NCBI GenBank assembly: GCA_965209055.1
Contig: OZ242374.1
Span: forward strand, 4,448,001 to 4,512,000
Source of the DNA: Acidobacteriota bacterium
Lineage (GTDB): Bacteria > Acidobacteriota > UBA6911 > RPQK01 > JAJDTT01
Direction: 5' to 3'
Length of the DNA: 64,000 nucleotides
A model generated the notes under the pieces. That model was not told the origin of the DNA. It saw only the letters and a program-made list of their open reading frames with translations, and searched no databases. Both the position numbers and the translations under genes were made by a program. Below, one piece after another: positions 30,023-40,410 of the stretch; position 1 is the first letter of the stretch; each line of letters starts with the position of its first letter.

Positions 30023-30797
30023 CGGGAGGCGAGAGCAGGCAGTCGTCGTTCAGCGGAACGATGGGCGTGAAATCCCGGTGAGCGATCCACTCGGGCCGTT
30101 TGAACCTGCGGATGTGGTTGCTCACCTCGCAGAGGCTCAGATAGACGATGGTCCGGTTCCAGGGGCTGATGTTGGGCGGGCTGGCGTGGACCAGGTTTCC
30201 GTGGAACATGATCACGGATCCGGGCGGCCCCAGCGGAACCTCGATCCCTCCCTCATCGGCCAATCGGGTGATGGTCGCCCGATCCAGCGTCCAAAGCGGG
30301 TAGCTCGTGCTCTCCAGGTCGTGTCCCGCCTGCAGAACGCCCAGCTTGTGACTTCCCGGAATGAACATGAGGGGACCGTTGGCCGCGGTCACTTCGTCCA
30401 GGAAGACCGCGATGTTCATGGCGCGGGCCTCCGGCATGTGGTCGTCCCGTTTCCAGGTCCCGTAGTCCTGATGCCATTGCCAGACGTCGCCGTCGAAGGC
30501 GGCCTTGGCGTTGACCTTGTATTGGTGCATGTACACCGGACCGCCCAGGATCTGCATGACCGGCTCGATGAGCCGGGGATGGGCTCCCAGGAAGCGGAAC
30601 GGCTCGCTGTAGGTGTGGGCGGCAAAGGCCGTCCGGGCGGCGCCGCTGCTCTCCCGCCAGACTTCGGGCCGGTCCAGCTTGTAGATTCGCCGCGCCTCCT
30701 TCCGCAACGGCGCCACCTCCTCCACCTCGAACCGGCCGGGCAGAAAGAGGAACCCGTTCTTGCGGAAGGCCTCCAACTGTCGACGGGTGAGTCTCAT
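30000..30797 (-). CDS. Phytanoyl-CoA dioxygenase family Fe(II)/2OG enzyme (ectoine/proline hydroxylase-like)
   Basis: WQWHQDY, NGPLMFIPGSH and FHGNLVHAS. The 3' end overlaps the CCP gene by 23 bp. Confidence 0.88.
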   Translation of the reverse strand: MRLTRRQLEAFRKNGFLFLPGRFEVEEVAPLRKEARRIYKLDRPEVWRESSGAARTAFAAHTYSEPFRFLGAHPRLIEPVMQILGGPVYMHQYKVNAKAAFDGDVWQWHQDYGTWKRDDHMPEARAMNIAVFLDEVTAANGPLMFIPGSHKLGVLQAGHDLESTSYPLWTLDRATITRLADEGGIEVPLGPPGSVIMFHGNLVHASPPNISPWNRTIVYLSLCEVSNHIRRFKRPEWIAHRDFTPIVPLNDDCLLSPPVKAAPAG

Positions 30798-30928
30798 CGG
30801 AGTGAAATCTACCATAGATCCGGGGGAAGCGGCGCGGCCCGCCGCGGGCAGGGGAGGCGGGACTTGGCAGGTGCCGGCAACGGACCCGGCCATCCCGCCG
30901 TCACCACGGCCTGAGGACAGGAGGAGTC

Positions 30929-32608
30929 ATCTCCAAGCATCCCATCAGCGGCAATGTCCAAGGCATCCGGGCCTCTCAACGGCGGATGCTGGAGCGCACC
31001 TACCGCCGCCGCGTCCCTCCGCAGCAGGCGGTGACCCCCGAGCTGGCGCGGCATCTCACTTCCGCCTCCCACGACCTGGGCCGGGAAGTCGGGGTCCTGA
31101 TCGGCCGCGACGGCATCGTGCGCAACGTGATCGTCGGCAACGCCCGGGGACTCATGCTGCCCGACATCGGCCGTCTCCGCGGCGGGACCGGGCGATTCCG
31201 CGGTCTGCGGCTGCTCCACACGCGCCTCCGCGGTTCCGCCCTCAACCGCGACGACCTGAACGACCTGGTGCTGCTTCGCCTCGATCTGGTCGCCGTCATC
31301 GAGGTGTTGGACGGGGGGTGGCCGGGAAGGCTGGAAGCCGCCTACCTCGATCCCGCGTCCCTGGCCGGCAGCGGGAACGGGGATGTGCCGGCCGAACCCT
31401 TCCTGAGAATCCGATCCCGTTCGGTGCATGACCTGGAACTGGATTTCCAGGCCACGATCCAGGCGCTGGAGCGGGAGTTCGCCCGCCTGGCCCGGAGGAC
31501 CCGGGGACCGAAAGGCGCCGAGCGGGTCATGGTCGTCGGCCTCCGGCCCGAGGACGCCCATTTCGCCGAGACTTTGGAACTGGTCCGCTCCGCCGGCGTC
31601 ACCATCGCTGGACGCATGCGCCAACGGCGGCCCAGAATTCATCCGCGCACCGTATTGGGCAAGGGCAAGTTGGAGGAGTTGGTCCTGGAGAGCATGCGCT
31701 CGAACGCCACGGCGGCCGTCTTCGACATCGATCTGAAACCGGCGCAGGCACGGGCGTTCGAAGACCTGACCGGCCTCAAGGCAGTGGACCGCACCCAACT
31801 GATCCTGGACATCTTCGCCCAGCGAGCCCGCAGCGCCGACGGCAAGCTCCAGGTCGAACTGGCCCAACTGAAGTACTCCCTGCCCCGTCTGACCGAGAAG
31901 GACGAGGGCTTGTCCCGTCTCACGGGAGGCATCGGGGGCCGCGGACCGGGGGAAACGGTCATGGAGATCGGCCGGCGGCGGATTCGCACCCGAATCCGGC
32001 GGTTGGAGAAGCGGGTCGAACATCTTTCACGCCAGCGCGAACTCCGGCGCAGGCGCCGCCGCCGGCAGGGGCTTCCCGTGCTCTCCATTATCGGCTACAC
32101 CAACGCCGGCAAGAGCACCCTCCTGAACGCCTTGACCAACAGCGTCGTGGCGGCCCACGACCAGCTCTTCATGACCCTGGACCCCACCAGCCGGCGCCTG
32201 CGTTTTCCCCGGGAGGGGGAGGTGCTCATCACCGACACGGTGGGATTTATCGCCGAGCTGCCACCGGACCTGATCTCCGCCTTCCGGGCGACGCTGGAAG
32301 AGCTTGCGGACGCCAACCTGCTGCTTCACGTCATCGACGCCGCGGACCCGGAGTTGGACGACAAGATCCGGGCCGTGGAGATGCTGCTGGTCGATCTGGA
32401 TCTGAACCGGATCCCGTCGGTGAAGGTATTGAACAAGATGGATCTGGTGTCCCCGGAACAGGTGAGCGCCCTCTGCGGCCGGATCGGCGGGCTGGCAGTG
32501 AGCGCAACCCGGCGGGAGGGACTGGCGGAATTGGTGAAAACCGCCGAGGAACGGCTGTCCCGGCCTGAAGCTCCACGGTGGAATACCAGCTACACAACGC
32601 CGATTTAG
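30929..32608 (+). CDS. hflX: GTPase HflX (long N-terminal form); probable non-canonical start upstream of ATG 30986
   Basis: DRTQLILDIFAQRA, GIGGRGPGE, GYTNAGKS, DTVGFI and NKMD. Homologous-looking in-frame sequence extends to ATC 30929 behind AGGAGG. Confidence 0.93.
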   Translation: MSKHPISGNVQGIRASQRRMLERTYRRRVPPQQAVTPELARHLTSASHDLGREVGVLIGRDGIVRNVIVGNARGLMLPDIGRLRGGTGRFRGLRLLHTRLRGSALNRDDLNDLVLLRLDLVAVIEVLDGGWPGRLEAAYLDPASLAGSGNGDVPAEPFLRIRSRSVHDLELDFQATIQALEREFARLARRTRGPKGAERVMVVGLRPEDAHFAETLELVRSAGVTIAGRMRQRRPRIHPRTVLGKGKLEELVLESMRSNATAAVFDIDLKPAQARAFEDLTGLKAVDRTQLILDIFAQRARSADGKLQVELAQLKYSLPRLTEKDEGLSRLTGGIGGRGPGETVMEIGRRRIRTRIRRLEKRVEHLSRQRELRRRRRRRQGLPVLSIIGYTNAGKSTLLNALTNSVVAAHDQLFMTLDPTSRRLRFPREGEVLITDTVGFIAELPPDLISAFRATLEELADANLLLHVIDAADPELDDKIRAVEMLLVDLDLNRIPSVKVLNKMDLVSPEQVSALCGRIGGLAVSATRREGLAELVKTAEERLSRPEAPRWNTSYTTPI

Positions 32609-32618
32609 CCGCCACCCG

Positions 32619-33836
32619 TCAGCGCAACGGATTCTCGTACCAGACCACGTTGTTGCTGAGCCTGCCGGCAACCAGCAGATCGAGATCGCCGTCCCCATCC
32701 ATATCCACGGCGCGAATGTCGTAGGACTCCTGATCCCGATCCAGAACATGGACCCGGAACCGGCCCGAACCGTCGTTCTCGTACCAGGCGGCCATCTTGG
32801 CTCCGAAAGCGCAGGTCGCCGCATCCACGTCGCCGTCCTGATCCAGATCGGCCACGGTCAGGGCATGCGGTTCCCGGATCTCGGGATGGATCTCATTGAT
32901 CTTCCAATGGGGGGCCTCGAACCAGATCACACCCTGAGCATGCCCCCGGGAGGCCACGAAATCGACCCGGCCGTCTCCGTTGACGTCGGCCGGATGGATA
33001 TTGGTGGCTCCTGGCTGGAGGCCTCCCAACCGGTGCCGCTTCCAGGCCGCTTCGGGGTTTTTCGGCGCCTCCCACCAGGCGAACCAGTTCCCCAGGCCCG
33101 TCGTGTCGGTCGGACCTCCCTTGGCGGCCGAGGCGGCGTCAGGACGTCCGTCCCCATTCACGTCTCCGAATCCCAGGTAGTGACTGAGTCCCGGCGCGTC
33201 CCGGTGGGCGAAGACGAAGCGGTGCCAGGACTCGGCCTTCTTCGGATTCTCCGGAACCCGGTACCAGACCAGGGATTCGGGAAAGGGACCCTTGGGCCGG
33301 GCGCTGGTGGCCAGCAGGTCCAGGCGTCCGTCCTGGTCCACGTCGCCGGTCAGAAGCCCATGAATGCCGTTGACCTGATCGTCCACGAGCCGTTCCTTCC
33401 AGGCCTGGGATTCAGGATTCTCCGGTTGCTCCAGCCAAGTGATCAGCCCCGGCTGGTAGCGGGCGCCGATCCAGTCCAGGTCGCCGTCGCCATCCACGTC
33501 CAGGACCTCGCTGTGGATGAAGTCCCTCTCCTCCTCCGGTCCCAGCGGGATTTCCTTCCAATCGGGAGCCACCAGCAGGCGGGTCCGGCCCTCGCTGTTG
33601 GTGATGACGTCGGGCAATCCGTCCCCCGTGAAGTCTCCGCCCACGGCGGTGAGCGCCGAGGCGCCGGAATAGACCTGGTGCTTGCGCCACTTTCCTCTTG
33701 CGCCGGAAGTTCCCGAAACCGGATCCACAGACAGGGTGAGCGCCGCCATGGCCGCAACCGCCGGCAGGAATCGAAGACAACGGAGTCTCGATGTCTCCGT
33801 CGAAAAAGGATGGTTTGGTTGGATCGATTGCATCAT
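32619..33836 (-). CDS. Secreted FG-GAP/VCBS repeat protein
   Basis: Seven DxxxDGxxD repeats (DFTGDGLPD, DVDGDGDLD, DVDQDGRLD, DVNGDGRPD and others). Confidence 0.88.
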   Translation of the reverse strand: MMQSIQPNHPFSTETSRLRCLRFLPAVAAMAALTLSVDPVSGTSGARGKWRKHQVYSGASALTAVGGDFTGDGLPDVITNSEGRTRLLVAPDWKEIPLGPEEERDFIHSEVLDVDGDGDLDWIGARYQPGLITWLEQPENPESQAWKERLVDDQVNGIHGLLTGDVDQDGRLDLLATSARPKGPFPESLVWYRVPENPKKAESWHRFVFAHRDAPGLSHYLGFGDVNGDGRPDAASAAKGGPTDTTGLGNWFAWWEAPKNPEAAWKRHRLGGLQPGATNIHPADVNGDGRVDFVASRGHAQGVIWFEAPHWKINEIHPEIREPHALTVADLDQDGDVDAATCAFGAKMAAWYENDGSGRFRVHVLDRDQESYDIRAVDMDGDGDLDLLVAGRLSNNVVWYENPLR

Positions 33837-33996
33837 TCCTCCTGCGAGAACGGGAACCGCCGAACGCCTGGACCGGAAGGATTCGCCAATGGAGCCGGCT
33901 GAAGACTTTCCCGGACGAAAGTCAGTCTATGCGGAGCATCGAGAGGGGTTCAACCGCGACCCGTGCCGCCGCGATGAGAGGTTATACTCTCTGGCC

Positions 33997-36186
33997 ATGC
34001 GCTGGGGCATGGCCTGGGCCCTGATCCTGCTCCTGATGTGTCCGGCTCTGAGGGCCTTGGACGGAAGACTTCTCTTCCCCGACGGGACCCCGGTAGCAGG
34101 AGCCCAGGTCACGATCCTGGAACATCCCGGTCAGAGCCGAACCGACCAGCAGGGTAGATTCCGCTGGTCACCCGACCCTCCCGTGCCCTTCGAAGTCCGG
34201 GTGGAACTCCCAGGCGGACACGACACCTTGCACGCCGTCGTCCGGGAGACCGTCTCTGAAGGGACTCTGGAGTTGGTCGTCCGGCCGCTCTTCCGAGAGG
34301 ACCTGACGGTGACGGCCGGCAATCCGGCTCGTACCGGGACGACGCCTGCCAGCGCCTTGGAGTTGGTGACCCACGAGGAATTGGCTCAGACCCGGCCCTC
34401 CCGGCTGATCGAAGCCATCGAACGAATCCCCGGCGTGGCTCGGGTCTCAGCGGGTCACGCCGCGGTGCCCTCCATTCGAGGTTTGGCACGGGGACGAACG
34501 TTGATTCTTCTGGACGGCGCCAGAGTCATCTCGGAAAGGAGAGTCGGTCCCAGCGCGACTTTTCTGGATCCCTTCTTCCTGGACCGGATCGAAGTCGTTC
34601 GCGGCCCTGGATCCGTGGCCTATGGATCCGACGCCTTCGGAGGCGTGATTCACGCCCAGACTCGAAAACCGCGCCCCGAATCGACGTATGGCGGCCGATT
34701 CATGGGAACCCTCGGCTACGGAATGCCCGAGCAGAGCGCGGGTGTGGAACTGAGCCGCAGCCTGGAATCGGGTTCCGTATTCTTTTTGGGGAGCATGCGG
34801 AATTACGGCGACTACCGGAGTTCCGGAGTCACCGTGGACAATTCAGCCGCGCGCAACCGTTCGTTCCTCGCGGGCACCCTGCTGCGCGTCGCGGGAGGAG
34901 AACTCTCCCTTGGATGGCAGACCGACCGCGGCCACGATCTGGGCCGGCCCACTTTGCGCTCACCCCACATGCGGACCTTCTACCCGGAAGAGAACTCCGA
35001 CCGAATGCACCTCGCGTTCGATTCGAAGCCCATCGGCGGCTTCGACCAGGTCCGGATCGAAGGATCGATGGGCCGATACGCCCTCATCACCGATCGGGAA
35101 CGCCTCCCTGCACCAAACCGGCCACGCCAACTGCAGAGGTCCCGGGTCGCCGCCCGCCACCTCGATTTCCGCGTGCAGGCCATCTCCCCGCTTAAGTGGA
35201 TCCGGTTGGAGTTGGGGTTTGACGTCAACGGCCGTTTCGGACTCCACTCCGAGAACACGACCCGCAGCTTCGACGCCGGGAACCGAACCACCGGAACCCT
35301 TGCGGCCGCATCCATCGAGGATGCGAGGCGCATCGACCTGGCGCCATTCCTCTCCGCGGAGTTGCCGGTCAACTCCTATCTGTCCCTCTGGGCAGGCGCC
35401 CGATGGGATCAGGTGTCCAGCTCGAGCCGCGGGTCGTTGGGAAACTTCGACAGGATCAACCGGGCGTTCTCCGGCTTCTTTGCGGTCGTCGCGCGGCCGC
35501 TGCCCCCGCTTCAGCTCACGGCTCAACTCTCCCGGGGCTTCCGGGAACCGACACTTTCGGACCGCTATTTCCAGGGGATCAGCGGCCGCGGCCTGATTCA
35601 CGGCAACCCCAACCTGGTGCCGGAAACCAGTCGGCAGTGGGACGTTTCGGCCCGTTGGTCCGGAAGCGACTGGCGTTGGGACCTGTTCCTCTACCGGTAC
35701 CAGATCCGCCAGTTGGTGGAGCGTTTCGAAGCGGAACCCCAGCACTTCTACTTCCGCAATCGCGGATCGGCCCTGTTGACCGGAGTGGAGGTGGAATTAC
35801 ATCGTCACATCGGCGAGGGGATGTCGCTGGGAGTCGGGGGACACGCGTCCGCCGGCCGGACCCGAGAGGATGGGAGTCCCCTCGACGACGTCCCGGCCCC
35901 TTCAATTGCCTTGATCATTGGAAAAACGCTCGGTTCCCGGGGCCACCTATGGCTCCAGGGCCGTACCTTTGCCCGCGACTCCAGATCCGGCCCCACGGAA
36001 GCTCCGACCCCGGGTTTCGCCACCCTGGATCTCTCCTGGAGTTGGCTGTTGGATTCCCAGACCCAGCTCCGTTTCCTGGTAAGAAACCTCACCGGCAAGG
36101 ACTACCCGGCCAGCCCCGACCGCTGGTCCGTTCCGGCCCCCGGCCGCGGTCTTCTCCTAAGTCTAATGTATACTCTCAGTGATTAA
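33997..36186 (+). CDS. TonB-dependent receptor
   Basis: Signal peptide, PSIRG, RIEVVRGPGSVAYGSDAFGGVI, FREPTL, NPNLVPE, NL..K.Y and PGR. Confidence 0.92.
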   Translation: MRWGMAWALILLLMCPALRALDGRLLFPDGTPVAGAQVTILEHPGQSRTDQQGRFRWSPDPPVPFEVRVELPGGHDTLHAVVRETVSEGTLELVVRPLFREDLTVTAGNPARTGTTPASALELVTHEELAQTRPSRLIEAIERIPGVARVSAGHAAVPSIRGLARGRTLILLDGARVISERRVGPSATFLDPFFLDRIEVVRGPGSVAYGSDAFGGVIHAQTRKPRPESTYGGRFMGTLGYGMPEQSAGVELSRSLESGSVFFLGSMRNYGDYRSSGVTVDNSAARNRSFLAGTLLRVAGGELSLGWQTDRGHDLGRPTLRSPHMRTFYPEENSDRMHLAFDSKPIGGFDQVRIEGSMGRYALITDRERLPAPNRPRQLQRSRVAARHLDFRVQAISPLKWIRLELGFDVNGRFGLHSENTTRSFDAGNRTTGTLAAASIEDARRIDLAPFLSAELPVNSYLSLWAGARWDQVSSSSRGSLGNFDRINRAFSGFFAVVARPLPPLQLTAQLSRGFREPTLSDRYFQGISGRGLIHGNPNLVPETSRQWDVSARWSGSDWRWDLFLYRYQIRQLVERFEAEPQHFYFRNRGSALLTGVEVELHRHIGEGMSLGVGGHASAGRTREDGSPLDDVPAPSIALIIGKTLGSRGHLWLQGRTFARDSRSGPTEAPTPGFATLDLSWSWLLDSQTQLRFLVRNLTGKDYPASPDRWSVPAPGRGLLLSLMYTLSD

Positions 36187-36226
36187 TCCTTAAATATTTA
36201 TAAATAATGGACAAGGAGGGTCCACA

Positions 36227-37165
36227 ATGGCTGTCGACTCGATGCATCTTCGAGAAATGGAGCCGGAGGACGGATGGGAAGTGGCCGAGCTCATCTACGC
36301 CTCCATCAACGCCTGGTACGGCCTTCGAGGCTTGGGACAGCCCTTTCAGGGGTCGCCCAAGGTCACGGAGATCTTCCATGAAGTCTACTCGGCGACGGGC
36401 TCCAGCCGCTGCGTCGTGGCAGAGAACGCCCGCACCGGGCGTCTCATGGGTTCCTGCTTCTACCACCCCAGGAAGACCCACGTGGGACTCGGCATCATGA
36501 CCGTCCATCCCAACTATTTCGGTTTCGGCGCCGGCAGCCGGCTCCTGGAATACATCTGCCGCTTCACCGACGGGAACGGGTACAAGGCCCTGCGCCTCAC
36601 CCAGAGCGCTCTCAACCTGGATTCCTTCTCGCTCTACAACCGGTACGGTTTCGTTCCCCGCCAGGCCTACCAGGACATGATCCTCCAGGTGCCCGAGTCC
36701 GGCCTGGATCACGAAGTGCCTGGACTCGACCGGATCCGCGACGCGACGTTGGACGACGTCCCGGCCATGGCGGCCCTGGAGATGGAGGTGAGCGGGGTGA
36801 GCCGGGAGGAGGACTACGGCCTGTGCATCCGAAACGACCTGGGATTCTGGTCGGTTTCGGTTTACGAGGGGTCCAGCGGGAACATCGAAGGGTTCCTGGC
36901 TTCGTCGTCTCACCCCGCCTTCAACATGCTGGGGCCGGGCGTGATCCGGACGGAACGGCAAGCGGCGGCCCTGATCCACACGGAACTGGACCGGCACCGG
37001 GGGCGGACGCCGGTCTTTCTGGTCCCCGTGGACCGTTACGGACTGGTCCGGCAAATGTACGATTGGGGCGCCCGCAACTGCGAGCTCCATTTCTGCCAGG
37101 TCCGGGGCCGATTCCAGCCCTATCAAGGCATCAACATGCCGACATTCGTGCTGGAAACGGCTTAA
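36227..37165 (+). CDS. GNAT family N-acetyltransferase (tandem GNAT)
   Basis: VHPNYFGFGAGSRLL and LYNRYGF. AAGGAGG RBS. Confidence 0.85.
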   Translation: MAVDSMHLREMEPEDGWEVAELIYASINAWYGLRGLGQPFQGSPKVTEIFHEVYSATGSSRCVVAENARTGRLMGSCFYHPRKTHVGLGIMTVHPNYFGFGAGSRLLEYICRFTDGNGYKALRLTQSALNLDSFSLYNRYGFVPRQAYQDMILQVPESGLDHEVPGLDRIRDATLDDVPAMAALEMEVSGVSREEDYGLCIRNDLGFWSVSVYEGSSGNIEGFLASSSHPAFNMLGPGVIRTERQAAALIHTELDRHRGRTPVFLVPVDRYGLVRQMYDWGARNCELHFCQVRGRFQPYQGINMPTFVLETA

Positions 37166-39354
37166 GTCGACCTCGCCCCGGCGCGGCGCCGATTCACAAA
37201 GACCAGGACCAGGCAACCCAGCAGGCACAGCCCCGACAAGGAAGCTCCCAGAATGATCGACGCCGGACGATAGACGAACTGCACCTCGTGCTCGCCGGCC
37301 GGGAGGAATACGGCTCGCAACGCCCCGTGTGCGCGGTAGAGCCTGGCCGGTTCACCATCGACGGTCGCCTTCCATCCGGGGAAGTGGGCATCTCCGAAAA
37401 CCAGGTACGCGGCGCACGGCATTCGCGCTCGCGTCCTCACTTCATGGAGGGTCGTCTCCAGGAACCTGACCACGCCCTCCTGTCCACATCCTTCGGGCCG
37501 GGGCAAGAGATCTTCCCCGTCAGATGCGATGGTTTCCGTGTCGTGAACCGTCCATGCCCGAGGGGACGCGTCCGGGTTGAGAAAGACCTTCCACCCCGTC
37601 GAACTTCTGAAGACTTCGACTTGTGATTCGCGGACCCGATCCCTGGAAACCGTATACACCGTGTTGAGCATGAGCCGCCGCCGTTCCCAGTCACCCCGGA
37701 AGAAGTCCAGAACGTCGCGGCTGACCGAGGCCAGGTAGCCGTCCACCATCTCCAGCCCCTCCCAACCCCCGATGTTCGGTTTTCTTCCCTCGGTCTCGAT
37801 GTGGAACCGGAAGGGCTTGGGCCTCGACTTGAGATACTCGGCGACCTCGCCGAACTCCGCCAACCTGTCGAGATGCCCGGGGCGGGCGGGATCGTTTCGA
37901 TGGGACAGTGACGTCGAATGCGCCACTCCCATCTCGAACAACATCAGAGCCACGATTGCGAAACGCGCGGCCGGCGCCGAGATCGAACCGCGCCGGACGG
38001 CATGCAGCAGCGCCGCCAAGCCAAACGCCGCCATGGCGGCAATCACCACCTGGTCGCCCGAGTGTCGAGTCATCTTGCCGTCGAGATACCGGTAGAGGGT
38101 CAAAAGCCATGCCGACGCGCCAAACCCCACCAGAGCCCGCTGGATGGCCGGCAACCAGCGCCCGCCCGGATGAGACTTCCGGTCCCGAAGCAGTCGATCC
38201 ACGCCGAACGCCGCCAGGACGAAGACCGCAAACTGGAAAACGAACACGGCATGCGCCGGCGCCCGGGCCTTGTCAAACAGCGGAACGGCAGCGTAGACCC
38301 AACCGTGCAGGATCGAGAACGGCCCCAGCGAATAGGCCAGCGCGGCGAGCGCAATGCAGGAATAGACGCGGACCCAGCGCTCCCTCCAGCAGGCGCCGAC
38401 GGCGTAGATGGCCAACGAGAGGCACACGAGCCCGACGAAGGTGCTGACCTGGAAATGGGCGTGCGGAACCAGCATGCCCAGCAGTGTGACCGCGTACAGG
38501 CGCAGGCCGGACTGTGCGTAGTACGGCACATCCTGGCCCATGGTCAAGGGGCGCTCGGCGCCGACCCAGCGGTAGGATTCGGCGCCGTATTCGATGGCCG
38601 GCAACAGTTGCAGCGCCGCCGCCGCGAACGTCGTCCCCGCAATCACCACGTACAGTCCCGTGAAACCTGCCGCCTCGCGGTACGACCGGCGCAGACGCTC
38701 GAACAGGAAATAGAAGAACACCCCGGTAAGAGCCAGCAGGGCATACATGGGGTTCTGGTGATGGCCGCTCAGCAAAGCCATGCCGATGGCCCCGCCACAA
38801 AACACGGCGTTGGTCCACCGGCCCGAAGGATCCCGGGCCCGCTCCATCCGATGAAACAGCAGGAAGATCAATGGGATCCAGATGGCGCCGTTGACCTTCT
38901 GCGGCCAATTGGTAGCGGCGAGATACCCGCCGCACCCGAACGCCAACGCAGCCAGAACCGCCGCGTACCGGCTTCTTCCCAACTCGCGCACCAGGCCGTA
39001 CATGAAGAGCGCCGCCAACACGTGCATCAGCACGAAGTGCCAGTGGACCCAACGGAGCTGGATCCGGCCGTCCTTGAGCGGCGCCAGGAACAACGGCCAG
39101 TTGAGCGGAAATGCGCCGCCGGGTTGCATCTGTCCCAACAACGACTGGCCCGCCCAGTGGTAGGGGTCCCACATGGGGAAGATCCCCTCGTGCCATGCCT
39201 TGGCCTGCACCTGGTACCAGGGCAGGACCTGGTACGCCAGGTCCGGATTGTCGGCGAAGGTGAATTGCTGACTGAGGCTGAGCCTCCAGAAGAAAAGAAC
39301 GACCAGAATGAGGATGACGGCCAGTGGGAATCGATCGAATAAGTCCGACTTCAT
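37162..39354 (-). CDS. YfhO-family multi-pass membrane glycosyltransferase (GT-C)
   Basis: PMWDPYHWAG, many TM helices and C-terminal FPGWKATVDG...LPAGEHEVQFVYRP. Confidence 0.85.
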   Translation of the reverse strand: MKSDLFDRFPLAVILILVVLFFWRLSLSQQFTFADNPDLAYQVLPWYQVQAKAWHEGIFPMWDPYHWAGQSLLGQMQPGGAFPLNWPLFLAPLKDGRIQLRWVHWHFVLMHVLAALFMYGLVRELGRSRYAAVLAALAFGCGGYLAATNWPQKVNGAIWIPLIFLLFHRMERARDPSGRWTNAVFCGGAIGMALLSGHHQNPMYALLALTGVFFYFLFERLRRSYREAAGFTGLYVVIAGTTFAAAALQLLPAIEYGAESYRWVGAERPLTMGQDVPYYAQSGLRLYAVTLLGMLVPHAHFQVSTFVGLVCLSLAIYAVGACWRERWVRVYSCIALAALAYSLGPFSILHGWVYAAVPLFDKARAPAHAVFVFQFAVFVLAAFGVDRLLRDRKSHPGGRWLPAIQRALVGFGASAWLLTLYRYLDGKMTRHSGDQVVIAAMAAFGLAALLHAVRRGSISAPAARFAIVALMLFEMGVAHSTSLSHRNDPARPGHLDRLAEFGEVAEYLKSRPKPFRFHIETEGRKPNIGGWEGLEMVDGYLASVSRDVLDFFRGDWERRRLMLNTVYTVSRDRVRESQVEVFRSSTGWKVFLNPDASPRAWTVHDTETIASDGEDLLPRPEGCGQEGVVRFLETTLHEVRTRARMPCAAYLVFGDAHFPGWKATVDGEPARLYRAHGALRAVFLPAGEHEVQFVYRPASIILGASLSGLCLLGCLVLVFVNRRRAGARST

Positions 39355-39598
39355 GGCTCAAATGCCGGCGTCCCGGCCGGCGGCAGCACTCATGTTCCCA
39401 GCAAATCAAGCCGGCTTCGAAGACGCAAGCCATGACGAAGTTCGGGATTCTCCCGATCGTCTACTCGCACCGGCCTTCTTCGCCCATTCATGCGGATCAA
39501 ATGAGGATCGAGACTTCTTGCTCCTGGAACGACTTGCTATCTTGAATACGGTTCCGATCGCTGGTGTTCATGGGCGACCAAATCGAGATTGCCGAGCC

Positions 39599-40300
39599 AT
39601 GCCGGGCAAGCTGAGCGTCATCATTCCCGTCTACAACGAACGCGGCACGCTGGAGGAAGTGTTGAGCCGGGTCGCCCAGGCGCCCATGGAAAAGGAGGTG
39701 ATCGTCGTGGACGACGGCTCCGACGACGGGACCCGGGAGATCCTCGAACGCCTCTCGATGAATGCCGGCCGATCGGATCGACTCCGGATCGTCTTCCACA
39801 ATGGGAATCAGGGCAAGGGTGCGGCGGTGCGCACCGGAATCGCTCAAGCCACGGGCGATTGGATCCTGATTCAGGACGCCGACCTGGAATACGATCCTCG
39901 GGATTATCCGATGCTTTTGGCTCCGCTCCAGGACGGCCGCGCCGACGTGGTCTACGGCAGCCGCTTCCTGGATGGCGCCCATCGGACCCGGTACTTTCAG
40001 CACTACCTGGCCAACCGCTTCCTGACCTTCGTCTCGAACCTGATGACCAACCAGAAGCTGTCGGACATGGAAACCGGCTACAAGGTCTTTCGCCGGGAGG
40101 TCCTGGACGGCATCCGCCTCCGGTCGAACCGCTTCGAGATCGAACCCGAGATCACGGTCAAGTTGACTCGCCAGGGATATCGAATCCACGAGATTCCCAT
40201 CTCCTACAACAGCCGCTCCTACCGGGAAGGCAAGAAAATCACCTGGGTGGACGGGCTCAAGGCATTGTGGGCCCTGTTTCGCTACCGGTTCTTCTCGTAG
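39599..40300 (+). CDS. Glycosyltransferase family 2 (polyprenol-phosphate mannose synthase-like)
   Basis: SVIIPVYNE, VDDGSDDGT, GKGAA, QDADLEYDP, YGSRF and DMETGYK. Confidence 0.93.
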   Translation: MPGKLSVIIPVYNERGTLEEVLSRVAQAPMEKEVIVVDDGSDDGTREILERLSMNAGRSDRLRIVFHNGNQGKGAAVRTGIAQATGDWILIQDADLEYDPRDYPMLLAPLQDGRADVVYGSRFLDGAHRTRYFQHYLANRFLTFVSNLMTNQKLSDMETGYKVFRREVLDGIRLRSNRFEIEPEITVKLTRQGYRIHEIPISYNSRSYREGKKITWVDGLKALWALFRYRFFS

Positions 40301-40304
40301 GGGC

Positions 40305-40410
40305 AGGAGGGGGGACTGTTGGTCCCTTAATCCCCCCTCGGCGACTGGGAAGTGTAGAGGGGGACTCCGTCTCCCTAACCCCCCTTCGGCGGTAGGAAAA
40401 CCGCCGCTCC
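40305..40410. repeat. REP-like composite palindromic intergenic repeat (intact copy)
   Basis: aggaggggggactgttggtccc ... gggggactccgtctccc ... cggcggt-aggaaa-accgccg. Colinear with 47125-47146 joined to 49914-50019. Confidence 0.8.
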
